The notes under the pieces: model-generated
What the model was told of the DNA's origin: nothing
The model's database searches: none
Seen by the model: only the letters and a program-made list of their open reading frames with translations
Shown: positions 62,282-64,000 of the stretch, piece by piece
How positions within the stretch are numbered: position 1 is the stretch's first letter
Layout: each line of letters begins with the position of its first letter
Program-made: the position numbers and the translations under genes
Source of the DNA: Monocercomonoides exilis PA203
Taxonomy: Eukaryota; Protista; Preaxostyla
Direction: 5' to 3'
Assembly: GCA_001643675.2 (NCBI GenBank)
Contig: LSRY02000024.1
Coordinates: 310,001-374,000 of the forward strand
DNA length: 64,000 bases

Positions 62282-62544
62282 ATATGTGTGAATTTTTTTG
62301 TAAAGTTCCTTTTGTTTTATTTTCTAATAAAATAAAAATTTCATAGTTTCATCAAATTTCTGTTCCCACTCACGAAATTTCTCTTTAATGGAAATTTAAC
62401 CTAAGCAATACTATTATCACCATCACAGTGAAATTTCGTGAGTGGGAACAGAAATATGATAAAAATATGAAATTTAAGTTTCATTTGAAATTTCAACAAA
62501 AGGAACTTTTCAAAAAAAAAAAAAAAAAAAAAAAAAGCCATATG
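62282..62544. mobile_element. MITE-like palindromic element M5 (~263 bp)
   Basis: ATATGTGTGAATTTTTTTGTAAAGTTCCTTTTG...TTTCTGTTCCCACTCACGAAATTTC pairs with GAAATTTCGTGAGTGGGAACAGAAA...CAAAAGGAACTTTTC(A)nGCCATATG. Confidence 0.85.
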
Positions 62545-62559
62545 TTCAAAAAAAATTCT

Positions 62560-63890
62560 TTACAGCTTTGAAAAATGGATCACCACAAAATTTCACAAAT
62601 AATTGAAGCAGTTTACAAATATTGGAGAAATTCCTTCCATTTTCGATAAAGACATTTTTGAAATATTTCCTTCACCAAAACTTCCAATCACTTTCCGATG
62701 AGGAAGCAAACCATCCGTGCAAAAGCATAGCACCTATCAGTGAAGATCTCTGATTTCCGTTAAAATCTGTGTAATAACCATCAAATAAATTGAAGAAGTG
62801 TTTCATGTTTAATAAATCCTTTATTAAATATTGTTTTGAATTCGCCTTCAACCGGATAACTGCAATAACTGTGTTCTTTTTGTTGAAAATAATTCCTCCA
62901 TCAATCATCACTTTTACCATAGAATAATTGATATTTTTTTATCCTTTCAGCGATTTTTTTGTTCACTTCATCATGAATGATTGAAGAGAGTTTTCTGTGA
63001 TTCAAACGTGGAAATATGGACTTTGTTGACAAAAAAGGATTTTGTTGTGAGATCTGTATTAATGTTGAAATAATAGTTTAAAATACCGATGAGAAAGCAG
63101 ACAAGAAAGCTATGTTGCAATGACTGATCAGCTTCAAAAAAAGACTATTTAAAGAATCATATTGAAAATGATGAGGTGCGATTTTCATTGCATATATAAA
63201 TTTTTGATTGCTTGAAGAACATGGTGATTTTGAATATTGAACAATTCAGGAATTATTCAATAGAGAACATTGATGATTGCACATCCTTTCGCTTCCTGTT
63301 TTTCCACATATCCCGCAATCAACTCCTTGCTTGCTGTTAGGATATAAATAGTATATGTGTCCATCCTTTTTAAACGATCCATAATTTTTGACTGGAGTGT
63401 ACGCTATCCAAAGTCTGTTATTGTTCACTTCAAAGTGAACTTTTCCAATTTCTTCACCTGTATTGTTGGGGTGTTTGAAATCTTTTTTTTAATGTCGAAA
63501 AAGATATGATGTGACTTTTGATCGTAATAAATCTTTTTTGCACATTTTCCAAAATTAGTGGTTTTCGAATATTCCAACCAAACAAATGAACAATTATTTC
63601 TTTTCAAATCTTCTTTTTTTTTTCTCAATGCATCGCTCTTCGACAAAAAAAAGAAATCAAAACAATTCATTTTTGTTTCAATAAAACAATGTTTTCAAAC
63701 TTCTTCTTTTGTCTTTCCGTAATTTAATAATTCAAGACAAAAAAACTTTATGAAATCATATTTATTTGAAACATCCATAATATTAGCTTTCTAAAATTAA
63801 AGTTGATCTATTCGATAGATTGTTCAGATTAACAGACTGATCTATATGACAGGCTGATCAATTCGACCAACTGATCTTTATCGAAAAAAT
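62560..63890 (-). mobile_element. Possible decayed DNA transposon (hAT-like) remnant
   Basis: Fragments with CGICGK...CNH (BED-finger-like) upstream of KVMIDGG...VIAV (possible first catalytic Asp strand), plus a short CTGATC repeat array at 63800-63885. Confidence 0.3.
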
Positions 63891-64000
63891 ATAAAAATAA
63901 ATTTATTTATGCTTTGTTGACAAACAATTAATTATATCGCAATATTTGTTCATTTTATCACTTTTTTTTGTTTGAATTGAAAATAAAAGAAAAAGACACG

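Overview
AT-rich eukaryotic DNA with many short GT-AG introns (donors often GTTTGT/GTATG). Gene families, repeats and style look like an oxymonad metamonad such as Monocercomonoides exilis (inference). The standard genetic code is used. Intact host genes: a 6-exon cytosolic PheRS alpha subunit; a 2-exon kelch/Cys-rich 3-TM membrane protein; a 2656-aa beta-helix surface protein with a cytoplasmic pseudokinase; a multi-exon syntaxin-6/Tlg1-type Qc-SNARE (absent from the ORF track); an SF-assemblin/beta-giardin gene; and a multi-RRM gene with a ~6.9-kb Ser/Pro and Glu/Lys low-complexity exon. Disrupted genes: SAH hydrolase, a divergent Ran, three mosaic copies of a lineage-specific helical family, and a second beta-helix gene. 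Mobile elements: a ~5.7-kb DIRS-type tyrosine-recombinase retroelement, a second DIRS remnant, an intact-looking pogo (DD35D) transposon, a 967-bp foldback element with related ends, and several MITEs. Two leads stand out. (i) Five ~230-265-bp palindromic elements share their terminal motif ((C)ATATG-N-GTAATT-Y-TTTT...TGA) with the inverted ends of the DIRS element, and one joins it through a shared CATATG, suggesting a site-specific YR-driven system with non-autonomous partners. (ii) The kelch protein looks like a receptor ectodomain fused to an ERGIC/ENaC/P2X-like two-TM module.
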